Origin: Candidatus Nealsonbacteria bacterium
GTDB lineage: Bacteria; Patescibacteriota; Minisyncoccia; Minisyncoccales; RBG-13-42-11
Reading direction: 5' to 3'
DNA length: 64,000 bases
Assembly: GCA_026396115.1 (NCBI GenBank)
Contig: JAPLXL010000002.1
Location: forward strand, 5,142 to 69,141
Both the position numbers and the translations under genes were made by a program. Below, piece by piece: positions 41,565-53,214 of this stretch (the first letter of the stretch is position 1; every line of letters starts with the position of its first letter). The notes below the pieces were generated by a model, which had not been told where the DNA came from, did not search any database, and saw nothing but the letters and a program-made list of their open reading frames with translations.

Positions 41565-43394
41565 ATGTGTGGTATTGTTGGCTACATTGGTAAAAAACCA
41601 GCCTTTCCGTTTTTGTTATCCGGACTCAAAAGGATTCTTTATAGAGGTTATGATAGTTTTGGTTTTGGCGTGATTGGTAAAGAAAATAAACTTAATTGTT
41701 TCAAGCGACCTGGCAAATTAGACGAGTGGGAACAAAAATTACTTGAAATGAATTTTGAAGGAAATATAGGAATCGCTCACACTCGTTGGGCCACGACCGG
41801 AACTGTTACAGAAGCAAATTCGCATCCCCACTGGGATTGTCACCGAAATATTTTTTTGGTCCATAATGGCATTATTGAGAATTATAAAGAGTTAAAAGAA
41901 AAATTGGAAAAAGAGGGACATAAATTTCATTCGGAATGCGATACAGAGGTTTTAGCCCATTTAATTGAAAAATTTTTTAAAGGGAACTTAGAAACAGCTG
42001 TGAGAAATGCTTTAAAGTTTGTCAGGGGCACTTATGGTTTGGCGATTATCGCTCGAAACGATCCTGAGAAAATTGTGGTGGCGCGAAATTCCTCACCGAT
42101 TTTAATTGGTATAGGAGAAAATGAATATATTGTTGCTTCTGATGCAGCAGCCATTGTGGACAGAACGAAGAAAGTAATTTATTTAGATGACGGAGAAGTA
42201 GCGGTTTTAACTCCTTCAAGATTCTTTATTACTGATATAAATCAAAATCAGATTGAAAAAAACATTAAAGAAATTGATTGGGATTTAGAAGAAGTTCAAA
42301 AAGGAGATTATTCTCATTTTATGATTAAAGAAATAATAGAAGAGCCCGAAACAATTGAAAATGCCGTCAGAGGAAGATTGATGATTGAAGAAGGCAGGGT
42401 AAAATTGGGAGGATTAGACGGAATTCAGGAAAAATTAAGGAAAATCAACAGAATAATCTTGGTTGCCTGCGGTACGGCAGGTTATGCTGCCAGAGTGGGA
42501 GAATATATGTTGGAAGAATATGTCGGCATTCCCACCGAAGTTGATATTGCTTCTGAATTTCGTTATCGCAAACCGGTTGTAGATAAAAATACAGCAGCTA
42601 TTTTTGTTTCTCAATCCGGAGAAACGGCTGACACCTTAGCCGCCCTAAAAGAAATGAAAGAAAAAGGAATTTTAACTATCGGTATTACCAATGTTGTTGG
42701 CTCAACTCAGTCCAGAGAAACAGATGCTGGAGTTTATACAAGATCGGGTCCGGAAATCGCCGTTGCTTCAACAAAAGCTTTTTTGGGTCAGTTGGCAATC
42801 CTATCTATGTTAGCGGTGTATTTAGGAAGACAGAGAGAAATGGCTTTGGTAATGGGTAAAAGAATTGTTTCTGAACTTACAAAACTTCCAGAACTGGCAA
42901 AAGAAACTTTGAAATCAGCCCCAGAGATTGAAAAATTAGCAAAGAAATATAAAAACTTTAAAAATTTTTGGTTTATTGGTAGAAAGTACAATTTTCCAAT
43001 TGCCTTAGAAGGCGCCTTAAAATTAAAAGAGATTTCTTATTTACATGCCGAAGGAGTGGCTGGCGGAGAATTAAAACACGGTCCCATTGCTTTAATAGAT
43101 GAAAATTTTCCTACCGTAGCTATTTGTCCTTTGGACTCGGTTTATGAAAAAATGATTTCCAATATTCAAGAGATAAAAGCAAGAGAAGGAAAAGTCATTG
43201 CTGTGGCTACCCAAGGCGACAAAGATATTAAAAAAATTGCTGACGATGTAATTTATATTCCCAAAACCTTAGAAATGTTGACTCCAATGTTATCTGTTAT
43301 TCCTTTGCATCTTTTCGCTTATTATATAGCAGTTTTGCTCGGTCACGATGTAGACAAACCAAGGAATCTTGCGAAAAGTTGCACGGTGGAGTAA
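41565..43394 (+). CDS. glmS: Glutamine--fructose-6-phosphate aminotransferase
   Basis: MCGIVGY N-terminal nucleophile, two SIS domains and a C-terminal KSCTVE. Confidence 0.95.
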   Translation: MCGIVGYIGKKPAFPFLLSGLKRILYRGYDSFGFGVIGKENKLNCFKRPGKLDEWEQKLLEMNFEGNIGIAHTRWATTGTVTEANSHPHWDCHRNIFLVHNGIIENYKELKEKLEKEGHKFHSECDTEVLAHLIEKFFKGNLETAVRNALKFVRGTYGLAIIARNDPEKIVVARNSSPILIGIGENEYIVASDAAAIVDRTKKVIYLDDGEVAVLTPSRFFITDINQNQIEKNIKEIDWDLEEVQKGDYSHFMIKEIIEEPETIENAVRGRLMIEEGRVKLGGLDGIQEKLRKINRIILVACGTAGYAARVGEYMLEEYVGIPTEVDIASEFRYRKPVVDKNTAAIFVSQSGETADTLAALKEMKEKGILTIGITNVVGSTQSRETDAGVYTRSGPEIAVASTKAFLGQLAILSMLAVYLGRQREMALVMGKRIVSELTKLPELAKETLKSAPEIEKLAKKYKNFKNFWFIGRKYNFPIALEGALKLKEISYLHAEGVAGGELKHGPIALIDENFPTVAICPLDSVYEKMISNIQEIKAREGKVIAVATQGDKDIKKIADDVIYIPKTLEMLTPMLSVIPLHLFAYYIAVLLGHDVDKPRNLAKSCTVE

Positions 43395-43472
43395 TGAAAT
43401 AGGGTGGGGTTGTAGAAAAATTATCTTCGGAACGTTGCTCCGATTTTTAAATTAAGTTATAATTAAAATAAT

Positions 43473-45485
43473 ATGATTTATTTTCCAATTATTGTTTCGA
43501 TTCTTGCTATTGTTTTTGTTTTTTTTCTGGTAAGAAAAATCAAAAAATACCCATCTGGTGATGGTAAAATGCTCGAGATTTCCCAAGCCATAAGCGAAGG
43601 CGCTGCATCTTACTTAAAAAGGCAGTTCAAAACAGTTTTTTTAGTGGCAGTTGTTCTTTGTTTGATTCTTTTAGTGATCTACACAGTTAATACAAGAGAC
43701 CTCCGGACAGGTCTTATGACCGCTGTTGGTTTTTTATTAGGAGCAGCCCTGTCCGCTCTTTGCAGTTTTATTGGAATGCTTGTTTCTACCCAGGCAAATG
43801 TAAGGGTTGCAGAAGCCGCCAAAAAAGGATTAAAACCGGCGTTTAACCTTTCTTATACTGGTGGCTTGATTACCGGACTTTTGGTTGTGAGTTTTGGGTT
43901 GTTGGCGGTTGCCGGTTTTTATCTTTTAACACAAGATTTAAAAGCCTTGATTGCATTGGGATTTGGGGCAAGTTTGATTTCGGTTTTTGCCAGGATAGGC
44001 GGAGGAATCTACACTAAAGCCGCTGATGTTGGCGCGGATTTGGTCGGTAAGGTAGAAAAAGGAATCCCAGAAGATGATCCCCGTAATCCAGCAGTGATTG
44101 CGGACCTGGTCGGCGACAATGTTGGAGATTGTGCTGGAATGGCCGCCGATATTTTTGAAACATACGCTGTTACAATAGTGGCTACAATGATTTTAGGGGC
44201 TTTGTTATTTCCCCAATCTCCCCAATTTATCTTTTTGCCCCTGATTCTGACTGCCATTTCTATTTTATCGTCTATTATTGGCAGTTTTTTTGTTCGTTTA
44301 GGGAAAGGCAAAAACATTATGAACGCTCTGTATAAAGGAATTGTTGTTTCAGCAATCCTTTCTGCGGTTGGTTTCTATCCTGTAATTAAAAGCATGGTAG
44401 TCGGAAATATTGGTCTTTCTTCTAATAAATTATATCTTGCTTCTTTAATAGGTTTAATAATAGCTGCCGGAATGTTTATCATTACCGAATATTACACTTC
44501 TAAAAAATACAAACCAGTAAGGAGTCTTGCTTCAGCTTCTCAAACCGGTCACGCCACTAATATAATAACAGGCTTGGCAATAGGAATGAGGTCTACTGCC
44601 TTGCCCATTCTTTTGATTTCCGGAGGAATAATAATAAGTTTTTGGCTCGCTGGGACCTATGGCGTGGCTTTAGCGGTATTAACAATGATTTCTTTGGCTG
44701 GGATTGTGGTCGGCGTTGATGCTTATGGTCCGATTACTGACAATGCTGGCGGAATCGCTGAAATGTCTGACTTACCAGAAGATGTAAGAGAGGTGACTGA
44801 CGCTTTAGACGCGGTTGGAAACACTACCAAAGCAGTTACAAAGGGATACGCCATTGCTTCAGCCGGCTTAGCAGCTTTGGTGCTTTTTTCCGTTTATTCT
44901 CAAGAATTAATTGATTTAGGGGCTAAGACAAAATTCTTATTAGATAATCCTAAAATTATTGCAGGTCTTTTTATCGGCGGATTGCTGCCATATTTATTTG
45001 CGTCTTTTGCAATGAGTTCAGTAGGTAGGACAGCCGCTAAAGTAGTTGACGAGGTTAGGCGTCAATTTAAAGAAATAAAGGGTTTAATGGCGGGAACTGC
45101 CAAGCCCGAATATGGCAAATGCGTGGATATTGTTACCAAAGCAGCTATCAAAGAAATGCTCATTCCTGCTTTAATTCCAGTTGTTGCTCCCATTCTAATA
45201 GGTTTTATTTTAGGACCAGAAGCCCTAGGAGGACTTTTAATTGGCAGCATTGTTACTGGTCTTTTTGTTGCTATTTCAATGACTACTGGCGGAGCTGCCT
45301 GGGATAATGCTAAAAAGTATATTGAAGAAGGAAATTTTGGTGGCAAGGGCTCTTTTGCCCACCAGGCAGCGATAACTGGCGATACGGTTGGTGACCCCTA
45401 TAAAGACACTGCTGGTCCTGCTATTAACCCTATGATAAAGGTATTGAATATCGTCGCTCTTTTGATTGTTAGTTTTTTGGTGTAG
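43473..45485 (+). CDS. hppA: Membrane-bound ion-translocating pyrophosphatase
   Basis: 670 aa, multi-pass, with [27 protein letters not shown]-type and [14 protein letters not shown] motifs. Confidence 0.95.
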   Translation: MIYFPIIVSILAIVFVFFLVRKIKKYPSGDGKMLEISQAISEGAASYLKRQFKTVFLVAVVLCLILLVIYTVNTRDLRTGLMTAVGFLLGAALSALCSFIGMLVSTQANVRVAEAAKKGLKPAFNLSYTGGLITGLLVVSFGLLAVAGFYLLTQDLKALIALGFGASLISVFARIGGGIYTKAADVGADLVGKVEKGIPEDDPRNPAVIADLVGDNVGDCAGMAADIFETYAVTIVATMILGALLFPQSPQFIFLPLILTAISILSSIIGSFFVRLGKGKNIMNALYKGIVVSAILSAVGFYPVIKSMVVGNIGLSSNKLYLASLIGLIIAAGMFIITEYYTSKKYKPVRSLASASQTGHATNIITGLAIGMRSTALPILLISGGIIISFWLAGTYGVALAVLTMISLAGIVVGVDAYGPITDNAGGIAEMSDLPEDVREVTDALDAVGNTTKAVTKGYAIASAGLAALVLFSVYSQELIDLGAKTKFLLDNPKIIAGLFIGGLLPYLFASFAMSSVGRTAAKVVDEVRRQFKEIKGLMAGTAKPEYGKCVDIVTKAAIKEMLIPALIPVVAPILIGFILGPEALGGLLIGSIVTGLFVAISMTTGGAAWDNAKKYIEEGNFGGKGSFAHQAAITGDTVGDPYKDTAGPAINPMIKVLNIVALLIVSFLV

Positions 45486-45546
45486 CGCAGTAGGTAGAGG
45501 AAAGAGGAGGGGGTTTCCTCATCTTGATTTTAAGAATTAATAAAAA

Positions 45547-47247
45547 ATGTTTGAAAATATCCTACAAAATAAAACAGAAAAAAAAGTGATTCTTTTGGGA
45601 AATGAAGCGATTATCAGGGGCGCTTTGGAAGTAGGCGTTGATTTTGTTTCTACTTATCCCGGTACGCCGGCTTCCGAAATCGGAGACATTTTTTTTAAAT
45701 TATCTCAAAGTAAAGATTATAAGGGTTATTTTGAGTTTTCCACCAATGAAAAAGTGGCCTTGGAAGCAGGAATTGGAGCTAGTTTTTCCGGTTTGAAAAC
45801 CTTGGTGGCAATGAAAAATTTTGGCGCAAATGTGGCTTTAGATGCTTTAATCCCTTTTGTTTATACCGGCTCAAAGGGGCCGACAGTCATTCTAGTGGCT
45901 GATGATCCTTCCTGTCATAGTTCGGCTCAATCCGAAGAGAATTCTCGGGGATTGGCTTATTTAGCTCACATTCCAATTTTAGAACCATCGGATCCTCAGG
46001 AGTGCAAGGACTTTGTAAAATTAGCTTTTCAGATTTCTGAAAAATTCAAAATACCGGTAATAATAAGAACTACCACCAGAGTGGCTCATCAGCGCGCTTT
46101 AGTAAAATTAGAAAAAATTAAGATAGGTCGGGCTGCTGGATTTTTTAAGAAAGATCCGAAGAAATTTGTCACTTTACCGCCAAGAGTTTTAGAAATGAAA
46201 AAAGAGCTCTTGGAAAAAATAGAAAAAATCAGAGAATTTTCCGAAAAATCTGAAATAAATAGAAGAATAAATAGAGGACGGGTCTCTATTAGCTCAAAAG
46301 TGGGCATAATTACTTCAGGGGTTTCTTATTTATATGTCATGGAAGTGTTAAAGGAGTTTAATTTAAAATTACCGCTATTAAAACTCGGATTTTTTTATCC
46401 TTTGTCGGAAAAGAAAATTCAAAATTTTATCAAAAATCTTAAAAAAGTTTTAATAGCAGAAGAATTGGAACCCTATTTGGAAAAAGAAGTTGAAAGATTA
46501 GCCAAAGAAGTAAATTGTAAATTAGAAATAATAGGAAAAAAATTACTTCCCGAAGTCGGCGAACTTAGACCGGAAATTGTCGCCTCAGCCATTGCGAAAT
46601 TCACTAATGATAAATTGAAAATTGAAAATTTTGCTCTCCAAAATTTTTGTAAAACAAAAACTTGGGAGAGTGATAAATTGAAAATTCCGAGGCGTTCACC
46701 TCGGCTCTGTCCCGGTTGTCCTTATTGGTTGGTTATTTCAGCGATAAAAAAGGTCCTTCGACACGGCTCAGGGCAAGCGGTTAAAGATGTAATTTTCGGG
46801 GGAGAAATCGGTTGTTACATGTTATTCGGCACACTGGCTGTTAATATGCAGGATTATTTATCTTGTATGGGTTCCTCGGTTGGAATTGCTCATGGGATTC
46901 AAAAGGCAACTGGCCAAAAACTAATTACTTTTGTTGGTGACTCATCTTTCTTTCATAGCGGCATTCCTGCTTTAATAAATACTGTTTTTAACAAATCAAA
47001 CCCCTTGATTATTATTTTGGAAAATCAAACCACGGCCATGACCGGCCATCAACCCCATCCCGGAGCGCCTGTATTTCCTAATGGAATTAAAATAGAAAAT
47101 ATTGTTCAAGCTTGTGGAGTAAAGCATTTTAAGGTAATTGATCCAATTAATCAGAAAGAATTTGTTGATACCGTAAAAAGTTTCTTAGAGAAACCTGAGG
47201 TTTCGGTAATTATTTCAAGAAGACCATGCATTCAAATAAAAAAATAA
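45547..47247 (+). CDS. iorA: Indolepyruvate/2-oxoacid:ferredoxin oxidoreductase alpha subunit (TPP-binding)
   Basis: LLGNEAIIRGALEVGVDFVSTYPGTPASEI, CPGCPYW and GDSSFFHSG TPP motifs. Contains a family B element at 46591-46690. Confidence 0.8.
   Translation: MFENILQNKTEKKVILLGNEAIIRGALEVGVDFVSTYPGTPASEIGDIFFKLSQSKDYKGYFEFSTNEKVALEAGIGASFSGLKTLVAMKNFGANVALDALIPFVYTGSKGPTVILVADDPSCHSSAQSEENSRGLAYLAHIPILEPSDPQECKDFVKLAFQISEKFKIPVIIRTTTRVAHQRALVKLEKIKIGRAAGFFKKDPKKFVTLPPRVLEMKKELLEKIEKIREFSEKSEINRRINRGRVSISSKVGIITSGVSYLYVMEVLKEFNLKLPLLKLGFFYPLSEKKIQNFIKNLKKVLIAEELEPYLEKEVERLAKEVNCKLEIIGKKLLPEVGELRPEIVASAIAKFTNDKLKIENFALQNFCKTKTWESDKLKIPRRSPRLCPGCPYWLVISAIKKVLRHGSGQAVKDVIFGGEIGCYMLFGTLAVNMQDYLSCMGSSVGIAHGIQKATGQKLITFVGDSSFFHSGIPALINTVFNKSNPLIIILENQTTAMTGHQPHPGAPVFPNGIKIENIVQACGVKHFKVIDPINQKEFVDTVKSFLEKPEVSVIISRRPCIQIKK
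46591..46690. repeat. Family B element, in-frame in iorA
   Basis: GATAAATTGAAAATTGAAAATT ... CTCTCC-AAAATTTTTGTAAAACAAAAACTTG-GGAGAG ... GATAAATTGAAAATTCC. Confidence 0.8.
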
Positions 47248-47816
47248 CAGAATTTAATATGTTAATTGTTGGAACCGGCGGTCAGGGACAGATTACTCTT
47301 TTGCAAGTTTTGGCTGAAGCCGCCTTAATTGAAAATCTTGATTTCAAAAGTTCTGAACTGCACGGCTTATCTCAAAGAGGAGGTTCGGTTGAGGTTCATA
47401 TTAGATTTGGAAAACAAATTTACTCGCCAATGGTTTCAGCCGGAAAAGCTGATTTAATTTTAGGTTTAGAAATGCAAGAAAGTTTAATGGCGGCGAATTT
47501 TGCCGGCCTTAAAACAAATTTTTTGGTTAATAAATATATTGTTCCTATTCCTTTGCAAAAAAACTTATCCGAAAAAGAACTTTTAAACCAATTAAAAAGG
47601 ATTGGTAAAGATGTTTTTTTGGTGCCGGCAACCGAAATCTGTCAGAAAGAATTAGGAACTAACGTAGTTGCCGGAATTTATTTAATAAGCTTAGCCTCTT
47701 TCAAAAAACTAATTCCGATAAGACCAGATTCAATTCTTAAAGCAATGAAAAAAATAATTCCAGAAAAATATCTGGAACTAAATCTCAAAGCCCTTAACCT
47801 TGCACTTAATCAATGA
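47226..47816 (+). CDS. iorB: Indolepyruvate oxidoreductase beta subunit
   Basis: LIVGTGGQGQITL motif. The start could instead be the ATG at 47259. Confidence 0.75.
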   Translation: MHSNKKITEFNMLIVGTGGQGQITLLQVLAEAALIENLDFKSSELHGLSQRGGSVEVHIRFGKQIYSPMVSAGKADLILGLEMQESLMAANFAGLKTNFLVNKYIVPIPLQKNLSEKELLNQLKRIGKDVFLVPATEICQKELGTNVVAGIYLISLASFKKLIPIRPDSILKAMKKIIPEKYLELNLKALNLALNQ

Positions 47817-47868
47817 ATCTTCGATTCATTTCAATCTTCAATAAATTTTCAATTTATTTAGATAACCA

Positions 47869-49197
47869 ATGAATAACTATATTATTCAGGGAGCAAAAAA
47901 ATTAAAAGGAACTGTTGTTGTTAACTCGTCAAAGAATTCGGCATTGGCCATTCTGGCTGGTTCCCTTTTAAATGAAAAAAAGACCATAATAGCCAATCTG
48001 CCAAAAGTTGAAGAAGTTTATAGAATCATTGAAGTTTTAGAAAGTATTGGCGTTAAAACAGAGTGGAAAGGAGGTCATTGTATTGAAATAATTCCTCCCA
48101 AAAAATTAAATCTTGAGAGAATAAATAAAAAATCGGCTGCTCAAACGCGCAGTATTATTTTGTTTTTGGCCGGGCTTTTGCTCAAATTTAAAGATTTTGA
48201 TTTGCCAATGTCTGGGGGATGTCAACTTGGTCGAAGAACAATAATGCCCCATATTTATGCTTTGGAGAATTTTGGAATAAGAATAAAGGATTTTTGCGAT
48301 AAATTGAATATAAGTTATCAAAAACTTCATCCGGCTGAAATTGTAATGTATGAATCAGGAGATACGGCGACAGAAAATGTTATTCTTGCTGCTTCCTTAA
48401 TTCCGGGAAAAAGCGTTATAAAATTTGCCTCTTCTAATTATCAGGTTCAGGACCTCTGCTATTTTCTGAGCGATCTTGGAGTGAAAATTGAAGGAATTGG
48501 AACAACCACTTTGAGAATTTGGGGCAGAAGAAAATTATCCAAAAATATTAGGTATTATTTAACAGAAGATCCGATTGAGTCCATGCTTTTTTTGTCTATT
48601 GCTGCTGTTACAAAATCATCAATTGTTATAAAAAGATGTCCCATAGAATTTTTAGAGTTAGAACTTTTGAAGATGCAAAAAATGGGTTTTCAGTTTAAGA
48701 TATTAAAGAGATATAGGGCAGAAAACGGATATGCTAAGTTAGTTGATATTAAAACTTTCCCCTCTAATTTAACTGCTCCGGTTGAAAAACTTTACGGAAG
48801 ACCCTTTCCCGGGTTAAACATAGACAATCTTCCTTTTTTTGTTCCTATTGCCACCCAGGCAAAAGGAGAGACATTAATTCACGATTGGGTTTATGAAAAC
48901 CGCACTATTTATTATGCTGAGCTAAATCGACTTGGGGCAAAAATAAAACTTGCTGATCCTCATCGAGTTTTTATAACGGGACCATCAAGGTTAAAAGGAT
49001 CGGAAATTATTTGCCCTCCGGCACTGCGGCCTTCAGCCATTATTTTAGTAGCAATGTTGGCAGCAAAAGGAGAATCAGTTCTCAGAAATACTTATGCAAT
49101 TGAAAGAGGATATGAGAATTTAGTTGAAAGATTAGAAGAATTAGGAGCAGACATAAAAAAACAAACATCTGAAAACAACTATGTCAAAAAGACTTAA
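47869..49197 (+). CDS. murA: UDP-N-acetylglucosamine 1-carboxyvinyltransferase
   Basis: 442 aa with the active-site region SGGCQLGRRTI and an EPSP/MurA fold pattern. Confidence 0.9.
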   Translation: MNNYIIQGAKKLKGTVVVNSSKNSALAILAGSLLNEKKTIIANLPKVEEVYRIIEVLESIGVKTEWKGGHCIEIIPPKKLNLERINKKSAAQTRSIILFLAGLLLKFKDFDLPMSGGCQLGRRTIMPHIYALENFGIRIKDFCDKLNISYQKLHPAEIVMYESGDTATENVILAASLIPGKSVIKFASSNYQVQDLCYFLSDLGVKIEGIGTTTLRIWGRRKLSKNIRYYLTEDPIESMLFLSIAAVTKSSIVIKRCPIEFLELELLKMQKMGFQFKILKRYRAENGYAKLVDIKTFPSNLTAPVEKLYGRPFPGLNIDNLPFFVPIATQAKGETLIHDWVYENRTIYYAELNRLGAKIKLADPHRVFITGPSRLKGSEIICPPALRPSAIILVAMLAAKGESVLRNTYAIERGYENLVERLEELGADIKKQTSENNYVKKT

Positions 49198-50137
49198 AAA
49201 TATTGTTTGTCTTGGGGGAGGCAATGCCATGCCTAAAGCAGTTTTGACCGGGCTGAAAGAACATTCTGTAAAACTATCGGTAATTTGCGCCATGCTTGAC
49301 TCCGGTGGTTCTGCCGGCAGATTAAGAAAGGATTATAGAATTGTATCTCCGGGCGACATCCGCCGGGCTTTTATTGCCTTAGCTAATACTTCGCCTGTCA
49401 TTAAGGAACTTTTTGATTACCGTTTTCAATCGGGCGAACTGAAAGGACATAATTTTGCTAACCTTTTAATTACTGCTTTAGAATTAAGCACTAATGATTA
49501 TGAGAAAACTCGGCAAGAATTAAAAAGAATTTTAAATGTTTCCCATGAAGTTTTACCGGCTACCTTGGATAAGGCCCATCTTTATGCCATTTTAGAAAAT
49601 GGCAAGATAATTTCTGGCGAGATAAATATTGATATTCCAAAGCATAATAAGAGTTTAAAAATTAGAAAAGTTTTTTTAAAACCAAAAGCCAAAGCTTATC
49701 CTCTAACTTTGAAAGCAATAAAAAAAGCCGATTTAATAATCATAGGCCCTGGCGATTTATATTCTTCTCTGGCTCAGATTTTGTTAACTGAAGGTGTTGG
49801 AGAAGCTATTTTAAAGAGCAAAGCTAAAAAAGTTTATATTTGTAATTTAATGACAAAAATTGGCGAAACTAACAATTTTACTGTTTTAGATTTTACAGAA
49901 GAAATAGAAAAGTATTTAGGCAGTAAAGTAAATTATGTTGTTTATAATAATTATTTTCCCAAAAAAGGAATAATAAAAAAATATAAAAAAGAATACCCCG
50001 AATTATTAGATTTAGTAAAAGTTAATAAAAACTTACCGAAAGAAAAATTTATCGGCAGAAATTTATTGAAAAAAGAGGTTATTGAACATCATCCTCAAAA
50101 ATTAGCAAAAATATTATTAAAACTATGCAGGCGATAA
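49181..50137 (+). CDS. YvcK/CofD-family protein (UPF0052, gluconeogenesis factor-like)
   Basis: [11 protein letters not shown]...[12 protein letters not shown] pattern. Confidence 0.7.
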   Translation: MSKRLKNIVCLGGGNAMPKAVLTGLKEHSVKLSVICAMLDSGGSAGRLRKDYRIVSPGDIRRAFIALANTSPVIKELFDYRFQSGELKGHNFANLLITALELSTNDYEKTRQELKRILNVSHEVLPATLDKAHLYAILENGKIISGEINIDIPKHNKSLKIRKVFLKPKAKAYPLTLKAIKKADLIIIGPGDLYSSLAQILLTEGVGEAILKSKAKKVYICNLMTKIGETNNFTVLDFTEEIEKYLGSKVNYVVYNNYFPKKGIIKKYKKEYPELLDLVKVNKNLPKEKFIGRNLLKKEVIEHHPQKLAKILLKLCRR

Positions 50138-51396
50138 TCTTGGCAGCCGGCGAATCGTCAAGATTTTGGCCGTTAAATCAAAGGCACAAATCCCTTATCA
50201 AAATAATGGGAAGACCTTTGATTTGGTGGACTCTTGAAAGTTTAAGGAAAAGCGGAATAAAAGATTTAATTATAGTTGAAAATCCTTTAAAGGAGATAGA
50301 ATCAGAACTTAAAAACTATTTCTCCGGCCTTAAAATAAAATATGTTATTCAAAAAAAACCATTAGGAATGGGAGATGCTATCTTTCAGGCTAAAAATTTA
50401 ATTAAGGATAATTTTTTTGTAATCCACGCTCACCATTTTGATATAAATGAATTTGTAAAACCAATGATAGAGAAACAAAAAAAGACGAAAGCAAAGTTAA
50501 TTCTTTTGGGGAAAAAAGTTGATAAACCCTGGAAATATGGAATTGTTGAATTAGATAAAAAAAATCGTGATAGGGTGATAAAAATTGTTGAACAACCAAA
50601 AAAAGAAAGAGCCTCTTCTAATATAGGGCTCAAAGGAATATATTTACTTCCAAAAGATTTTTTCCAATACTATAGAAAAATAAAAAAACATATTTATGAT
50701 TTTGAAGATACCCTCAACCTTTATTTGAAAGACAACGATGTGAGAATAATCATATCTGAAAAAGAAATTCCAACTCTTAAATTCCCCTGGGAGCTATTCG
50801 AAGTAACAAAACAATTAATGAATAAATCCCTAAAATCTAAAATTGAGAAATCAGCCCAAATTGCTAAAAATGCAACAATTAAAGGTAAAGTCTACATTGG
50901 TAAAAATACCAAAGTTTTTGAAGGAGCTGTTATTAAAGGACCCTGTTACATTGGTGAGAATTGTTTGATTGGAAACAATGCTTTAATTCGAGAATACACT
51001 AATCTGGAAAACAACATTTTGATTGGGGCTTTGGCAGAAGTTACCAGGTGTATCTTTCAAGAGGATATCCATATTCACTCAGGCTATTTTGGCGATTCAA
51101 TTTTTGGCAAGGGCTGTCGAATTGGAGCTGGCACAATTTGCGCCAATGTCAGAATTGACCGCGGTGAAATAAAATCAGTTGTAAAAGGCGAAAAGATTGG
51201 CACCGGTTTGGATTCTTTGGGGGCAATCATTGGTGAAAATACAAAAATTGGAATCAATTGTTCCTTAATGCCTGGAGTTTTAATTGGGTCTAATTGTATA
51301 ATCGGCCCAAATTCAGTTGTTTCTGCAAGTATAGAAGATAACACAACTTTTTACACAAAATTTGAAGGAATAAAAAAATGGAGAAAAAATACGTAA
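50125..51396 (+). CDS. Bifunctional sugar-1-phosphate nucleotidyltransferase/left-handed beta-helix acyltransferase (GlmU-like)
   Basis: [16 protein letters not shown]-terminal NTP-transferase motif and C-terminal hexapeptide repeats. Confidence 0.7.
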   Translation: MQAIILAAGESSRFWPLNQRHKSLIKIMGRPLIWWTLESLRKSGIKDLIIVENPLKEIESELKNYFSGLKIKYVIQKKPLGMGDAIFQAKNLIKDNFFVIHAHHFDINEFVKPMIEKQKKTKAKLILLGKKVDKPWKYGIVELDKKNRDRVIKIVEQPKKERASSNIGLKGIYLLPKDFFQYYRKIKKHIYDFEDTLNLYLKDNDVRIIISEKEIPTLKFPWELFEVTKQLMNKSLKSKIEKSAQIAKNATIKGKVYIGKNTKVFEGAVIKGPCYIGENCLIGNNALIREYTNLENNILIGALAEVTRCIFQEDIHIHSGYFGDSIFGKGCRIGAGTICANVRIDRGEIKSVVKGEKIGTGLDSLGAIIGENTKIGINCSLMPGVLIGSNCIIGPNSVVSASIEDNTTFYTKFEGIKKWRKNT

Positions 51397-52316
51397 TTGG
51401 AGTCGATGGGGGAGGGACAAAGACAATATCTGCTTTGGCTAATTTAGAAGGAAAGATTTTGGCTTTTGGAAAATCAGGTTCTTCCAATGTTAGGAAGGTT
51501 GGATTAAAAATAGCTGTTGAAAATATCGCCAAAGCAATTGAAAAAGTATTAAGGAAGACTGAAAAAAGTGGTATCTTATCAACATTTATTGGTTTGGCAG
51601 CGATTCAAGAGGAGCCAAGATTTAAGGAAAAAGTTAAAAAAGCTCTTTTTAAATATAAGGAGATTTCCCCGATATTAAAAGGAAAATTGGAAATTGATTC
51701 AGATCAGATTGTTGCTTTTAGGGCAGGGAGTAGTGAAAGAAATGGGGTTTTATTGATTGCCGGTACAGGATGTGTTGCTCATGGTTGGAGAAAGGGAAAA
51801 GAAGAAAAAAGCAGTGGCTGGGATTGGTTAGCAGATGAAGGTTCTGCTTTTTGGGTTGGCCAAAAGGCATTTCAGGTAGTTTTTAAAGATTTAGATGGGA
51901 GGGGTCAAAAAACTAAAATCAAAGAAATTGCTTTCGGAAAATTTAAAATAAAAAATGAAGAAGAATTGATGGCTAAAGTTTATTCAAAAAATCCAATTGA
52001 AATTATTTCCTATTTTTCAATTTTTTGTGATCTAGCTAGTAAAAGAGGAGATAAAATAGCAAAAAACATTATGAGAGAAGCAGGAAAAGAACTCTCTATT
52101 TCAGCAAAAACAGTAATAAAAAAACTGGGCTTTCAAAAAGTTAAATTCCCTCTGGTTTTAGTTGGAGGTATTTTCCAATCAAAAATTGTTTTAAGAACAG
52201 TAAAAAGAGAGGTTAAAAAATTTGCCCCAAAAACAGAATTTATTCAAGCCAAAAACGAGGCGGTTGTCGGAGCAGTAAAATTAGCCATTGAGCACTCAAG
52301 CGATAGCGCAGAGTAA
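51378..52316 (+). CDS. BadF/BadG/BcrA/BcrD-type ATPase (N-acetylglucosamine kinase-like)
   Basis: [11 protein letters not shown] phosphate-1 motif and LIAGTGC. Confidence 0.7.
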   Translation: MEKKYVIGVDGGGTKTISALANLEGKILAFGKSGSSNVRKVGLKIAVENIAKAIEKVLRKTEKSGILSTFIGLAAIQEEPRFKEKVKKALFKYKEISPILKGKLEIDSDQIVAFRAGSSERNGVLLIAGTGCVAHGWRKGKEEKSSGWDWLADEGSAFWVGQKAFQVVFKDLDGRGQKTKIKEIAFGKFKIKNEEELMAKVYSKNPIEIISYFSIFCDLASKRGDKIAKNIMREAGKELSISAKTVIKKLGFQKVKFPLVLVGGIFQSKIVLRTVKREVKKFAPKTEFIQAKNEAVVGAVKLAIEHSSDSAE

Positions 52317-52374
52317 AGAAGAAAATTTATTGTGAAAAAATAATGAAAATTTAACCGTTGCGTAGAAATTTTCT

Positions 52375-52962
52375 ATGAAAATTTTAAAAACAGATCAAGA
52401 AAACTTTAACCAATTGGTTGAAAAAACGGTAAAAGCAATTAGAAATGGCAGAGTTATAGTTTGTCCAACAGATACAGTTTATGGATTAATTGCCGATGCA
52501 ACTAATAAAAAAGCAGTTGAGAAAATTTTTAAAATCAAAAAAAGACCGAAAAACAAACCCGTTCCGATTTTTATAAAAGATATTAACGTGGCAAAAAAAT
52601 TGGCTAAAATAAATGAAAAACAAGAAGCATTTTTGAAATCGGTTTGGCCGGGCAAAATTACGGTGGTTTTGAATAGAAAAAAATCAAGATTGTACGGAGT
52701 GGATAAAAAAACAATTGCTCTTAGAATTCCCAAATATGGGCTATTGCTTAGCTTAGCTAAGCAACTTAATTGTCCGTTGACCGGGACTTCGGCTAATATC
52801 TCCGGCCGACTGGTTTCAACCAGGATAAAAGAAGTTATAAAACAATTTCAAAATCAAAAACAAAAACTTGATTTAGTTATTGACGCCGGAAACTTAAAAC
52901 CGGCCAAACCATCAAAAGTAATTGATTTAACCGGTTCCAAACCCAAAATTTTGCGCAAATAA
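52375..52962 (+). CDS. tsaC: L-threonylcarbamoyladenylate synthase (YrdC/TsaC family)
   Basis: VIVCPTDTVYGLIADA, KKRPKNKPVPIF and SANISG motifs. Confidence 0.88.
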   Translation: MKILKTDQENFNQLVEKTVKAIRNGRVIVCPTDTVYGLIADATNKKAVEKIFKIKKRPKNKPVPIFIKDINVAKKLAKINEKQEAFLKSVWPGKITVVLNRKKSRLYGVDKKTIALRIPKYGLLLSLAKQLNCPLTGTSANISGRLVSTRIKEVIKQFQNQKQKLDLVIDAGNLKPAKPSKVIDLTGSKPKILRK

Positions 52963-53081
52963 TTATACTCCTAAAAAATTAAAAACCTCCCGTTTTTAGA
53001 GATTTTTAATTGGTGCATTATATTGAAAATAGTTCGAACGTATTTCGTCGCCTGCGGCGGCGAAGAGCCAGCCCAGCAAAT

Positions 53082-53129
53082 CGCGGCTCTGCCGCGCCGA
53101 TGACAATTTCAAGTTTTTTTTGGCGGCAA
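53082..53129. repeat. Left copy of the ~49-bp direct repeat flanking GC-rich island 1
   Basis: CGCGGCTCTGCCGCGCCGATGACAATTTCAAGTTTTTTTTGGCGGCAA. About 44 of 49 positions match the copy at 53741-53789. Confidence 0.9.
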
Positions 53130-53173
53130 TTGAATTATGAATTTATTTCATTTAAAAATCAATAAAAGAGAAA

Positions 53174-53201
53174 GGGGTTGTGAGATTTCTCTCACAACCC
53201 C
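53174..53201 (-). terminator. Intrinsic terminator of the Cys-rich ORF
   Basis: Perfect 12-bp stem GGGGTTGTGAGA/TCTCACAACCCC, followed on the minus strand by TTTCTCTTTT. Confidence 0.8.
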
Positions 53202-53214
53202 CGTTGGAACGTGT

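Noticed and set aside
53020-53065. GTTCGAA T-loop-like motif and AAATA/TATTT stem next to the left island repeat, considered as a tRNA 3' fragment marking an integration site.
   Set aside because: The stem-loop has a 9-nt loop. No acceptor or anticodon arms can be drawn, and the tRNA-Leu 3' end is not repeated at the island border beyond an 8-nt GC match.
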